Assembly: GCA_031263535.1 (NCBI GenBank)
Contig: JAISFO010000023.1
Coordinates: forward strand, 16,516 to 80,515
Source of the DNA: Holosporales bacterium
GTDB lineage: Bacteria; Pseudomonadota; Alphaproteobacteria; UBA3830; JAIRWN01
Reading direction: 5' to 3'
Length of the DNA stretch: 64,000 nt
Shown here in pieces: positions 29,730 through 38,469 of the stretch. Under the pieces are notes generated by a model. That model searched no databases. It was not told the origin of the DNA and saw only the letters and a list, made by a program, of their open reading frames with translations. The translations under genes and the position numbers were made by a program. The stretch's first letter is position 1. The number at the start of each line of letters is the position of its first letter.

Positions 29730-29900
29730 TTATAAAGCAAGCGATCTAAGACAGCGCCAAGATTTAGTCAATAATTTTCTTCAAAACTTTCATTAACCAA
29801 AAGCTAAAATTTATTCAATTTTGGATTAATTTTTGACTAAAATTTACTCAATATTAATAAATAATTGTCAAAATTAATTAAAGGTCAATTAGAGCTTAAT

Positions 29901-31283
29901 ATGAAAAAAACAGCTATATTAATTTTGTTATGTTTAGGTTATTGCAATGAATCAAACTGTACTTTACCATCTAGGCAAAATGCATTTGAAGTAGAAACGC
30001 AAATGGCTTTTCCTCGCCTTATTGCGCCCCCCGTTGATCAACAGTTATTTGATGTACAAACTCCGGTTTACAGCCGTGATACTTCAAATATAGCAACACC
30101 TCGTGCCACATTGACGGCGCCTGTGCGCCTAATTTCGGCAAGCCCTAGCGCACCATCTCCAAATACGCTTAGGTTATTACCGAGACTTGGTGATGAGGGG
30201 CGTGCAGCATCATTGGATATTGCGCCTTCACCTTTATTACCTGATGCAATTTTGCCGGCTTTTGCACCGATAATACCTGTAAAGCAGGTTAGAATTTTAG
30301 CCATCGATGGCGGGGGTGGCAGAGGGGTAATTCCAGGATATGAGCTTACAAGGCTGGAGGAGGCTACCGGGTATCCAGTTTCGGATATGTTCCATATGGT
30401 GTCGGGCACGTCGACTGGCGGAATAATTGCCTTGTCCCTTACCATGAGGAATCCAGAAATCCCAGGCAGGCCATTACATTCGGCGCATGATATTTTGACG
30501 ATGTATCAGCACGAAATGTCAGGATTCTTTGTCAAGAAGAGGTTCAGCTTTGGCGGCGCTTTTAGGACTAAGTATAAAAGTAGATATTTGTACAGTAAAT
30601 TAATGGGCAAATTCGGAAACGCCCTGTTTTCCGACTCATTAAACGATGTGATAGTACCTTGTTATGACGCCGAAAGGGGATATCCGAAAATATTCAAGAG
30701 TTATAGGGCGGTTACAAATCCTCTTTACGATTTCTTCGCCTACGATATAGCGCGTGGTACATCGGCTGCTCCTTCTTTTTTTAAGCCTGCGAAGATTGTA
30801 AGCCAAGCGAATCAGCTTGGCGAAACGCGAATTCACGTGCTGATAGACGGCGGCGTGTTGGCAAATGATCCGACTATGTGCGCTTTTGCAGAGGCAAAAA
30901 AAAGATATCCGCTGGCGGATGAATTTTTCATTCTATCGTTAGGGACAGGGCGTTCTCATACCCCGCTTTTATATGACGATTCTCAAAGTATGAGGGGATA
31001 TAATTGGGCGACTGCTTTTCCGGATATAAGCATAGACTCATCTGCTGCGACTGTTGATTATCAGATGTCTGTTTTTGCAGATGCAGATCCGGCTATAAAG
31101 TATTTTAGGTTTCAACCAACTTTGCCAGCCGACATATCCAGAATGGATGATACTTCTAGAGAAACTATACGTAGATGGACATATCATGCTGAAGAGCAGG
31201 TCCATTTGCCGCAGTTTAACGAAGTGATCAGTATTCTGTCTATACCTAAAACTCCTTTAGATGAATTGATGCGGGTGGATTAA
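29901..31283 (+). CDS. patatin-like phospholipase, exported
   Basis: Oxyanion hole DGGGGRG, nucleophile elbow GTSTGG and catalytic DGG. N-terminal hydrophobic leader MKKTAILILLCLGYC followed by a Pro-rich linker. ATG at 29901 preferred over 29865. Confidence 0.85.
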   Translation: MKKTAILILLCLGYCNESNCTLPSRQNAFEVETQMAFPRLIAPPVDQQLFDVQTPVYSRDTSNIATPRATLTAPVRLISASPSAPSPNTLRLLPRLGDEGRAASLDIAPSPLLPDAILPAFAPIIPVKQVRILAIDGGGGRGVIPGYELTRLEEATGYPVSDMFHMVSGTSTGGIIALSLTMRNPEIPGRPLHSAHDILTMYQHEMSGFFVKKRFSFGGAFRTKYKSRYLYSKLMGKFGNALFSDSLNDVIVPCYDAERGYPKIFKSYRAVTNPLYDFFAYDIARGTSAAPSFFKPAKIVSQANQLGETRIHVLIDGGVLANDPTMCAFAEAKKRYPLADEFFILSLGTGRSHTPLLYDDSQSMRGYNWATAFPDISIDSSAATVDYQMSVFADADPAIKYFRFQPTLPADISRMDDTSRETIRRWTYHAEEQVHLPQFNEVISILSIPKTPLDELMRVD

Positions 31284-31397
31284 AGGACGCTGTGACAGGT
31301 AACCTAAGGGCTTGGCACATATCGAAGTGCGGGCCCTTTGCGCTTTAGAGGTTTTGTTAACCTATTTATTGGAGAATTTTATTAACGGGTTTTAACA

Positions 31398-31613
31398 ATG
31401 AGGGATGCCATGTTTGACAGGTTTTCTAATGCGTTGATAGACAGCAAATTATGCTATGAGCGTTTGATTAAACCGATGATTGAGTTCAAGAATAACATTG
31501 ATTACTATAAATCTGCGATAAGCGACGCATTTATGCAAGATTTTCAGCAATTTATGCGAATGTTTAAGGCTGGGATGCCTACCAAAACAGCAGCCGCCAA
31601 AAAAGGCAAATAG
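31398..31613 (+). CDS. hypothetical small protein
   Basis: 71-aa ORF with a Lys/Ala-rich tail and no clear SD. Confidence 0.3.
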   Translation: MRDAMFDRFSNALIDSKLCYERLIKPMIEFKNNIDYYKSAISDAFMQDFQQFMRMFKAGMPTKTAAAKKGK

Positions 31614-31627
31614 CCAATTAAGCGGTA

Positions 31628-32605
31628 TTAAGTTCTTATAACCGCTGCGCCCCAAGTGACACCGCCGCCCATGGCGGTCAATACTATGTTTTGATTTTTT
31701 CGGATAATTCCTTTTTTAAAGCCGTAATCCCATGCAATTGGGATAGTAGCCGCCGATGTATTGGCAAAATCGCTGACCGTATCGATCATTTTGCTTTTAT
31801 CAAACCCCAGCCTTTCAGCTACGGCATTTAATATACGCCTGTTGGCTTGGTGTGGTACCAGGACATCGACTTGATCTGTTGTCAGGCAGGCTTTAGACAG
31901 AACCGTCTGGACGGCCATGGACATTTTCTCAATAGAGTGCTTAAACACCTCGCGACCGTTCATGACTATTACGCCGCTACTGCACGTAGTTGATGTTCCG
32001 CCAGAAGTCCCAAGTATTTTGGACAGCTTGCCGTCGCAGAACAGTTTAGTGGCGATAATGCCGGTTTTTTTTGATTCAGCGGTATCGAAGCGCTTTGCCC
32101 CCAGCACCATTGCCCCAGCGCCATCGCCAAACAGGACGCAAGTTGAGCGGTCTTTCCAATCGACAATCTTTGACATAGCGTCGCATCCTATGACAAGGGC
32201 ATATTGGCTTTGACCGGTCTTTATAAATGAATCAGCAACTGACAGAGCATAAATAAATCCGCTGCAAACAGCATTAACATCAAACGCAGCAGCACAATTG
32301 TCTGTGTTAAGCTTTTCTTGCACAAGTGCGGCAGTGGAAGGAAAAGTTTTCTCTGGGGTGGCTGTAGCCACAATAATCAGGTCAATCTCACGCTCAGAAA
32401 TCCCGGCGTTACTGATGGCTGTTTTAGCTGCCTCTGCCGCCAAGGTTGATATTACCTCACCGGGCTCTAGTACGTACCGTTGCCGGATTCCCGTCCTTTG
32501 CACGATCCATTCGTCGGACGTGTCGACCATTTTGGCAACGCAGTCATTAGTTAAGCATTTGCTTGGTAATTTGCTGCCAACGCCAAGTATTATCGAATTA
32601 ATCAT
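31628..32605 (-). CDS. fabH: beta-ketoacyl-ACP synthase III
   Basis: 325 aa; active-site contexts NAVCSGFIYAL, VPHQANRRI and ANTSAATIP. Confidence 0.93.
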   Translation of the reverse strand: MINSIILGVGSKLPSKCLTNDCVAKMVDTSDEWIVQRTGIRQRYVLEPGEVISTLAAEAAKTAISNAGISEREIDLIIVATATPEKTFPSTAALVQEKLNTDNCAAAFDVNAVCSGFIYALSVADSFIKTGQSQYALVIGCDAMSKIVDWKDRSTCVLFGDGAGAMVLGAKRFDTAESKKTGIIATKLFCDGKLSKILGTSGGTSTTCSSGVIVMNGREVFKHSIEKMSMAVQTVLSKACLTTDQVDVLVPHQANRRILNAVAERLGFDKSKMIDTVSDFANTSAATIPIAWDYGFKKGIIRKNQNIVLTAMGGGVTWGAAVIRT

Positions 32606-32628
32606 TTTTGCCTAGAAATTAGGCGAAC

Positions 32629-33474
32629 TTAGCCTTTTATTGCGCCATACGTCAAGCCAGAGATAATTCTGCGCTGAAAGAACACAACCAGCAAAATCAG
32701 GGGAATTGTGACAATAACGCTTGCCGCCATTATGTTTCCCCATGGAATTTCGTGTTGCCCAGCCCCGCTGAGCAAAGCAATCGCTACAGGCACTGTCCGC
32801 GCTTTTCCGGTTAAAGAGAAAGTCAACGCAAACAAAAACTCGTTCCATGAAGTGATAAAGGCCATAAGTCCTGTGGTAACCATTGACGGCCTCATGATGG
32901 GGAAAAAGATCCGAAAAAGTATCGTAAGCTTGCTTGCCCCATCCATTATCGCGGCCTCTTCGATTTCCTTGGGAATCTGACGCATAAAGCTTGAAAGAAC
33001 CCAAACCGTAAAAGGCAGCGTCAGTATCATATACGACAATACCAATCCCTCGCGGGAATTATACAGGTCAAAGAAGCGCAAAAGCTCAAACATTCCAAAT
33101 AAAACCGCAACCTGCGGAAACATAGTTGCGCTTAGTATAAAAAACAACAGACGCTTCTTGCCTTTAAAGTTCATTCTTGACATAGGATATGCGGCAAATA
33201 ACGCCAACAAAGAAACTACAACTACGGTCGCAATTGCAACAACGGCCGAATTTGCTAAGCTCTTACCGAACCCGGCCGTCTGTAATACGTTAAAATAATT
33301 GCAAAAATTCAACCTGTTGGGCAGAAGGTCTGTGCTGAAAATTTCGCTTCCAACCTTAAAAGAGGATACTACCGCCCAGTAAAACGGGAACAAGCACCCC
33401 ATAACCACCAGCGTGCAAAAAAGCATAAGCAAAGAGTGCCTTAAAAATCTTCTTGTTTGCCAGCTTAGGGCCAT
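32629..33474 (-). CDS. carbohydrate ABC transporter permease
   Basis: 281 aa with six TM segments and an EAA-like loop EIEEAAIMDGASKLTILFRIFFP. Confidence 0.9.
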   Translation of the reverse strand: MALSWQTRRFLRHSLLMLFCTLVVMGCLFPFYWAVVSSFKVGSEIFSTDLLPNRLNFCNYFNVLQTAGFGKSLANSAVVAIATVVVVSLLALFAAYPMSRMNFKGKKRLLFFILSATMFPQVAVLFGMFELLRFFDLYNSREGLVLSYMILTLPFTVWVLSSFMRQIPKEIEEAAIMDGASKLTILFRIFFPIMRPSMVTTGLMAFITSWNEFLFALTFSLTGKARTVPVAIALLSGAGQHEIPWGNIMAASVIVTIPLILLVVFFQRRIISGLTYGAIKG

Positions 33475-34377
33475 TTAGCTTGCCTTCCTCAAATTTCTTT
33501 GTCCCACGGTGAAGTATAAGACGCTGACCATAGCAACCGTAAAGAACAGCATAGTTGCGGCTGAAGACCCGCGACCAACTTCGCCAAAGTCAATCAAATA
33601 CCGCCGCGTATAAACCGACATCGTCGCGCAACTAAGGTCCCCGCTGCCTAATATATAAACCAAATCAAATATCCTAAGCGCATCAAGCGTCCTGAATATT
33701 AACGCAACTACGAAAGTCGGCTTAAGCATTGGCAGCACTATATGCCAGATCAACCTCCAGGTGGATACACCGTCTATCTTTGCTGCCTCGAAACACTCGC
33801 TGGATATCGACTGCAAGCCAGCTAGCAACAACAAGGCCATAAACGGCGTTGTTTTCCATACGTCAACTATGATTATGGCAACCATCGTAAGTTCGGAAGA
33901 GGCTACCCACGATACTGGGCTAGAAAGCACACCAATAACCTCTAAAACCCTGTTTATGACGCCGTATACGTCATGGAACATCCAACCCCAGATTTTGGCT
34001 GATACAACGGTGGGGATAGCCCATGGGATCAGTACAATCGCTCGTAAAACCGTTTTAAACCGAAGGCTGCGATGTAAAACGAACGCAACGCAAAACCCCA
34101 AAATCGCCTCAAGGGAAACAGAAACCACGGCAAAAAACAGCGTATTTTTTACAGCTACCCACCAATCAGGATCTTCAAATAGGTCACAGAAATTGCCTAC
34201 GCCAACAAACGCCCCTGACGACAATGAATCAAGCGCCGCATCTGTAAAGCTTAGGGAAAATGTTCTGAACAACGGCCAAGCACCCGCTAGAACGATTACC
34301 GCCAGGCAGGGAAACAAGAACAACCAAGCCTTTAAGGCTGAATATTTCGACAGATATCGCCTGACTTTGCTAGACAA
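33475..34377 (-). CDS. carbohydrate ABC transporter permease
   Basis: 300 aa with EAA-like loop ECFEAAKIDGVSTWRLIWHIVLP. TTG start. Confidence 0.9.
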   Translation of the reverse strand: MSSKVRRYLSKYSALKAWLFLFPCLAVIVLAGAWPLFRTFSLSFTDAALDSLSSGAFVGVGNFCDLFEDPDWWVAVKNTLFFAVVSVSLEAILGFCVAFVLHRSLRFKTVLRAIVLIPWAIPTVVSAKIWGWMFHDVYGVINRVLEVIGVLSSPVSWVASSELTMVAIIIVDVWKTTPFMALLLLAGLQSISSECFEAAKIDGVSTWRLIWHIVLPMLKPTFVVALIFRTLDALRIFDLVYILGSGDLSCATMSVYTRRYLIDFGEVGRGSSAATMLFFTVAMVSVLYFTVGQRNLRKAS

Positions 34378-34380
34378 AAG

Positions 34381-35727
34381 CTACTCTCCAGCGTACCTGT
34401 TGATTCTGTCCAAAAGCTGAGACAAACGTTTGTGTAGTTGCTTAAGGCCGGTGTCTATTGGCTTGTGCCCCGCTATCATACTGTGGACTGAGTTAAAAAT
34501 TTCTGTACTGGCCTGGCTGTAAAGTGAGCCAAACTGAGATGACGGCCTTACGACCATGTGATCCAACATATCGCTGAGTTTGGCGAAGAATGGTTGAGCT
34601 TGAATCATGGCTTTATCCTTATACAGATTTGGTCTAGACGGAGATATGCCGCCCTCAATTGCCCGACGTCTTTGCTCTTTGTGAGAAGTCAGGTATCGCA
34701 AAAACGCCACGGCTTCTTTAGGATGTTTTGAGAATTTCGATATACCCAGCGACCAACCGCCCAAAATCCCAACGTGCCGACCTCCTGGCCCTATCGGCAA
34801 TGGAGCTACATCGACTTTGCCAGCTAAGGGGCAATCAGGCGAGCTTAATAGTGCAAAAGCGTATGGCCAACTGCGCATAAACACGGCGTTACCAGACTGA
34901 AACACGCCTCTGGCTTCTTCTTCTGTGTATCCAAGTACGCCGGAGGGCGCTACGGCGCCAATCCATTTATATATCATATTTAGCATACGCCGATTGGACG
35001 GCGTATCGACTGCCAGCTTGCCTTTATTATCCATTATCCCACCGCCAGCAGAACAGAACCACTCGACAACGTTAACGGTCAGCCCTTCATAGGACTTCCC
35101 TTGAAACACATACCCCCACATTCTGGAATTGCCGTTTGCGCGCTCTTTATCCTGAATGTCGGTTGCTATTTTTTCCAGATCATCCCAAGTTTTTGGGACA
35201 CTGTGGCCATATTTCTCAAGCAGATCTTTGCGGCAGTATAATATCCCCATGTCTATGTACCAGGGAATGGCGACCAGCTGACCGTCAATCGTGTTATTTG
35301 CTATACAAACTTGGAAAAATTCGGGAATTTCGCCTTTAAAGTATTCTTTCAGATCAATGAGGTAGCTCGCCAATATGCCTGGCCAAGTAACGTCGATAAT
35401 CAAGATATCAAGGTCCTGGGATTCTGCCCGTAAAAGCTGTAAATACAGGTTCAGCCGCTCATTGCTTTCATTTGGCAGGGTGATTATTTCAACGCGATGC
35501 CCAGTTAAAGCTTCCCATTCCTTTGCCGCTTGCTGATAGAGCTCTAGCTCACGCCCCTTACACCCGCAAGTTACTTTCAGGGTAACCTCCTGAACATCGG
35601 CATCTAGCGACGATTTATCGTCTTTATGCTCTGCAGTCGGCTGTTCATCGGATAAGTCGATGCCGAAGGATTCTGCGGACAACAAGGCCACAATACACAT
35701 GACCAATGTTCTTAGACTTTTTTTCAT
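34381..35727 (-). CDS. carbohydrate ABC transporter substrate-binding protein (CUT1 type)
   Basis: 448 aa with a signal peptide and family-1 solute-binding protein architecture (DILIIDVTWPGILASYLIDL). Confidence 0.88.
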   Translation of the reverse strand: MKKSLRTLVMCIVALLSAESFGIDLSDEQPTAEHKDDKSSLDADVQEVTLKVTCGCKGRELELYQQAAKEWEALTGHRVEIITLPNESNERLNLYLQLLRAESQDLDILIIDVTWPGILASYLIDLKEYFKGEIPEFFQVCIANNTIDGQLVAIPWYIDMGILYCRKDLLEKYGHSVPKTWDDLEKIATDIQDKERANGNSRMWGYVFQGKSYEGLTVNVVEWFCSAGGGIMDNKGKLAVDTPSNRRMLNMIYKWIGAVAPSGVLGYTEEEARGVFQSGNAVFMRSWPYAFALLSSPDCPLAGKVDVAPLPIGPGGRHVGILGGWSLGISKFSKHPKEAVAFLRYLTSHKEQRRRAIEGGISPSRPNLYKDKAMIQAQPFFAKLSDMLDHMVVRPSSQFGSLYSQASTEIFNSVHSMIAGHKPIDTGLKQLHKRLSQLLDRINRYAGE

Positions 35728-35760
35728 AGATTTCTGTTCACAAATCGTGTCGAAGGCGTC
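35615..35760. repeat. inverted repeat, left arm (native 5' region of the binding-protein gene)
   Basis: The reverse complement matches 35975-36120 at 134 of 146 positions by hand alignment. Covers 33 nt of leader, the ATG and the first 37 codons. Confidence 0.9.
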
Positions 35761-35974
35761 AAAAGCCTAACCAATTACCTACACCAGAGCTTGCTTTATT
35801 GCAACTATAGAAAAGCAATAATACACGCCAAACGCCATAGAAGCTGTATCAATGTTATCCAATTTAGCATGATCAGGGCTTAGAAGCAGGTAATTATTGA
35901 GTAAAGTATTTTGTTTTATTTAAAAAAATGGTACATTTTGCCAGAATTATTTAGGTTTTGTTAATTAGGCTTAT

Positions 35975-36120
35975 GATACCTTCGACACGACTTATGGACA
36001 GAAATCTATGAAAAAAAGTCTAAGAACATTGGCCCTGTGTATTGTGGCCTTGTTGTCTGCAGAATCCTTCGGCATCGACTTATCCAATGAACAGCCGACT
36101 GCAGAACACAAAGATGATAA
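35975..36120. repeat. inverted repeat, right arm (inverted duplicate of the binding-protein gene 5' region)
   Basis: See the left arm. The 214-bp spacer 35761-35974 lies between the arms. Confidence 0.9.
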
Positions 36121-36136
36121 TTTGATTTTGCGTTGA
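36008..36136 (+). pseudogene. truncated duplicate of the binding-protein gene (signal peptide plus about 20 aa only)
   Basis: Reads MKKSLRTLALCIVALLSAESFGIDLSNEQPTAEHKDDNLILR*, compared with the native MKKSLRTLVMCIVALLSAESFGIDLSDEQPTAEHKDDKS... Confidence 0.6.
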
Positions 36137-36156
36137 GGTATTTATGATGGTGACTG

Positions 36157-37362
36157 GTGGTGCAAATAGAAAAGACATGGGGGGGGGGGCCTAACCCTCT
36201 CTTTGGCACTAGTACTGAGGGGCAATCTTGCCCTGAACTAGGTGCTAGATATTGGGATGATTATGTTTTTGAAGAAGCCGGCACTAGCTTTAAGTTATCT
36301 TTGGATAGAGTGCATAACTTTAAATTTAGTAACGGTTTTAATCTAAGAAGAGCTCAGTTCGAAGAACTGGCAATCGAGGAAGCTATTCAAGCTTCCGAGC
36401 CTTGCGTTAGCAAGCCCAAACTGGGCCTATCTAGAATACAGATCGCTGGCCGTTCAAATTTTTATGATCTATTTGACAAATTTGCATCAATGTTGTTTAT
36501 GGCCTCATCGATAACATTTTTATCCGGATGCTCAAGTCCAAATAAAGATTCCTTTCGCCCGCATTTGTATCTAGGTGTGACCAGTAATTATTCAGACTCA
36601 AATGCTACCCTAGAGCCAAAGTACTTCGTGCCTGGCTTGGTTATAGGGGATTTCGTAAGTGGTGGTTTCTTAGTAGGGCGTAATGGGGTTGTTACTGTTC
36701 CTGATGCGGCAGGGGCTGTTCCTGCTCGGCCTTTCAACCAAAACGGTATTGTGCTTGGCGGTATAGATGGAAATTTAGCCACAAAAAACTCAGGAATCGG
36801 TACTGGCGCAATAGTTGGCTTAGAGATGAAAGTTTTTAAGTTGCGAATGTCCTTAGAGGCTGATTGTTCCAATATAAACTACGGAAAGGATAAGCAAAAA
36901 GACAATCTGTTTGAGAAATTTTCTTTTGGGTTGTCGTACAGACTTGGCTTAAAACTAGGTAACTATTTCACGCCATATTTGCTTGCTGGAGTAGAGTTCA
37001 GTACCTTCAAGGGACGCGGTGAAAATCCGCACTTTAGGGATAGCGGAGATTATACCACTGATCCAAACGGTGCAGGCAGGACAGTCTATCGTAGTATTGA
37101 TAGGCTTTTTTACAATATAGAGAGCAGCAAGATGATTCAAAGTCCACGATTGGGCTGTGGATTTGAGATAAGCTTTTTTGAGCGTTTTAAATTTAGATTT
37201 GATGCGTTTTGGACTTTAAAGAGAAGATTTGCTGGTAAGTTCAGAACAGATACTGTGGCACCAGTGGGGGTGGGTTTTGATCCATCCTATGGCGCCGATG
37301 CTATCATGACCTGGTATCACAAGAAATTCTCCACTCGCTTCGGCATCATTATGGATTTGTAG
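36157..37362 (+). CDS. outer-membrane beta-barrel / lipoprotein-like protein, paralog 1 (start uncertain)
   Basis: 401-aa ORF. From residue 112 (ATG 36490, MLFMASSITFLSGCSS) it is colinear with ORF 40382..41233. The first 111 codons are unrelated and contain the G11 tract. Confidence 0.6.
   Translation: MVQIEKTWGGGPNPLFGTSTEGQSCPELGARYWDDYVFEEAGTSFKLSLDRVHNFKFSNGFNLRRAQFEELAIEEAIQASEPCVSKPKLGLSRIQIAGRSNFYDLFDKFASMLFMASSITFLSGCSSPNKDSFRPHLYLGVTSNYSDSNATLEPKYFVPGLVIGDFVSGGFLVGRNGVVTVPDAAGAVPARPFNQNGIVLGGIDGNLATKNSGIGTGAIVGLEMKVFKLRMSLEADCSNINYGKDKQKDNLFEKFSFGLSYRLGLKLGNYFTPYLLAGVEFSTFKGRGENPHFRDSGDYTTDPNGAGRTVYRSIDRLFYNIESSKMIQSPRLGCGFEISFFERFKFRFDAFWTLKRRFAGKFRTDTVAPVGVGFDPSYGADAIMTWYHKKFSTRFGIIMDL
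36179..36189. repeat. G11 homopolymer in the 5' region of ORF 36157..37362
   Basis: Counted directly: g36179-g36189. Confidence 0.95.
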
Positions 37363-37870
37363 GCTGCCGGCAGGTCGAAAAGTACCTCTGGATTAGTCTA
37401 TTTGGGCTTGCTAAAGCAAGGCTCGGAAGCCTGAATGGCTTACTCGATTGCCGATTCTGCGAATCGAGCTTTGCTCAAATAAAAATCATTACTTGATCTA
37501 GAATTGTAAAGCTTATCTAGACGATGAGTCGGTGCGATTTTATAAATGCCCAAGCAAACTCTACTTCCAGTCTGATGTGACGCAGCAGGCCCGATTGTCA
37601 GTTCTACGAACCGAACTTTATCTAGGTAAAATTATAGCTTGGTCTAAAATCAAAGTCTTATCCAAATAAGAACAGTTACAGTTTACCAGCTCTACGAACC
37701 GAGTTTTTTCTGAATTGAAATCATTATAGACAGATTAGGCTTTTATCAAAAATGATTGCTATAACCCAGCTACAAAGTGTATATCTAGGCTCAAAGAGAC
37801 CATTGAGAGGAAGATGAAGTGGGCGCAAGTACTGGTTTGTTGTTTGTTGGCCGAAGGTGAAGTGGTTGGT

Positions 37871-38437
37871 ATGAAAGTATGTGTTTACCCTGCCCCTGTT
37901 CTGAGCGAAGAGGCTCAGCCAGTAACTGAGGTATCTGAAGATATTCGCGATATTCTTGAGCAAATGAAAGATATCATGCTTCAAGAAGATGGTATAGGCA
38001 TAGCAGCCCCTCAGGTTGGTATCTCTAAGCGCTTGATTGTAGTGCATAACAAGGCAATCCAAGAAGCTGTGATCGAAGCTTCAGGTGGCGAAAAAGGTAT
38101 TGCTGGCGATTGTCTAATTGGGCCGACATTTTACAAGATGGTAAACCCTAAAATTATAAAGTGCTCTGATGACTGGGCCCTCTCTAAAGAAGGATGCCTG
38201 TCTTTACCAAAAGTTTACCGCGAAGTAAAAAGATTTACTTCTGTTTCAGTTGAGTTTTTAGACGAGCAAGGCAAGAAGCAAACCGTGGAGGCTACAGGGC
38301 TTTTGGCCTTTTGTTTCCAGCACGAAATAGATCATCTTGGCGGCAAGCTGTTTATAGATCGACTTGAAGATTCAGAGCGCAAACAGGCTTTAGCTGAGTA
38401 TAATAATCCTACAGCTAACAAGCCTACGGCTCCTTAG
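37871..38437 (+). CDS. def: peptide deformylase
   Basis: Motifs GIGIAAPQVG, EGCLSLP and HEIDHLGG. ATG at 37871 with SD GAAGGTGAAG preferred over 37814. Confidence 0.9.
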   Translation: MKVCVYPAPVLSEEAQPVTEVSEDIRDILEQMKDIMLQEDGIGIAAPQVGISKRLIVVHNKAIQEAVIEASGGEKGIAGDCLIGPTFYKMVNPKIIKCSDDWALSKEGCLSLPKVYREVKRFTSVSVEFLDEQGKKQTVEATGLLAFCFQHEIDHLGGKLFIDRLEDSERKQALAEYNNPTANKPTAP

Positions 38438-38469
38438 GGGCGTTGATTTGGCAATAAACTCTTAAGCTT

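Noticed and set aside
33761-34420. Long ORFs lying antisense to clear genes: 33761..34420, 14840..15445, 8827..9336, 30068..30445, 24201..24612, 50311..50679, 32612..33004.
   Set aside because: Each lies opposite to, or in an alternative frame of, a gene with strong family motifs. They have odd composition, no SD and no recognisable domains, as expected of shadow ORFs.
32629-35727. ABC importer operon lacking an ATPase gene, as a possible anomaly.
   Set aside because: CUT1-type sugar importers commonly share a multitask ATPase (MsiK/UgpC-like) encoded elsewhere, so the absence is not unusual.
37599-37715. tRNA or tRNA remnant suggested by the strings tacgaaccga, which resemble GGTTCGAA read in reverse.
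   Set aside because: No acceptor stem, anticodon arm or D arm can be built around them. The T-loop-like match is partial. No tRNA gene was found anywhere in the window.
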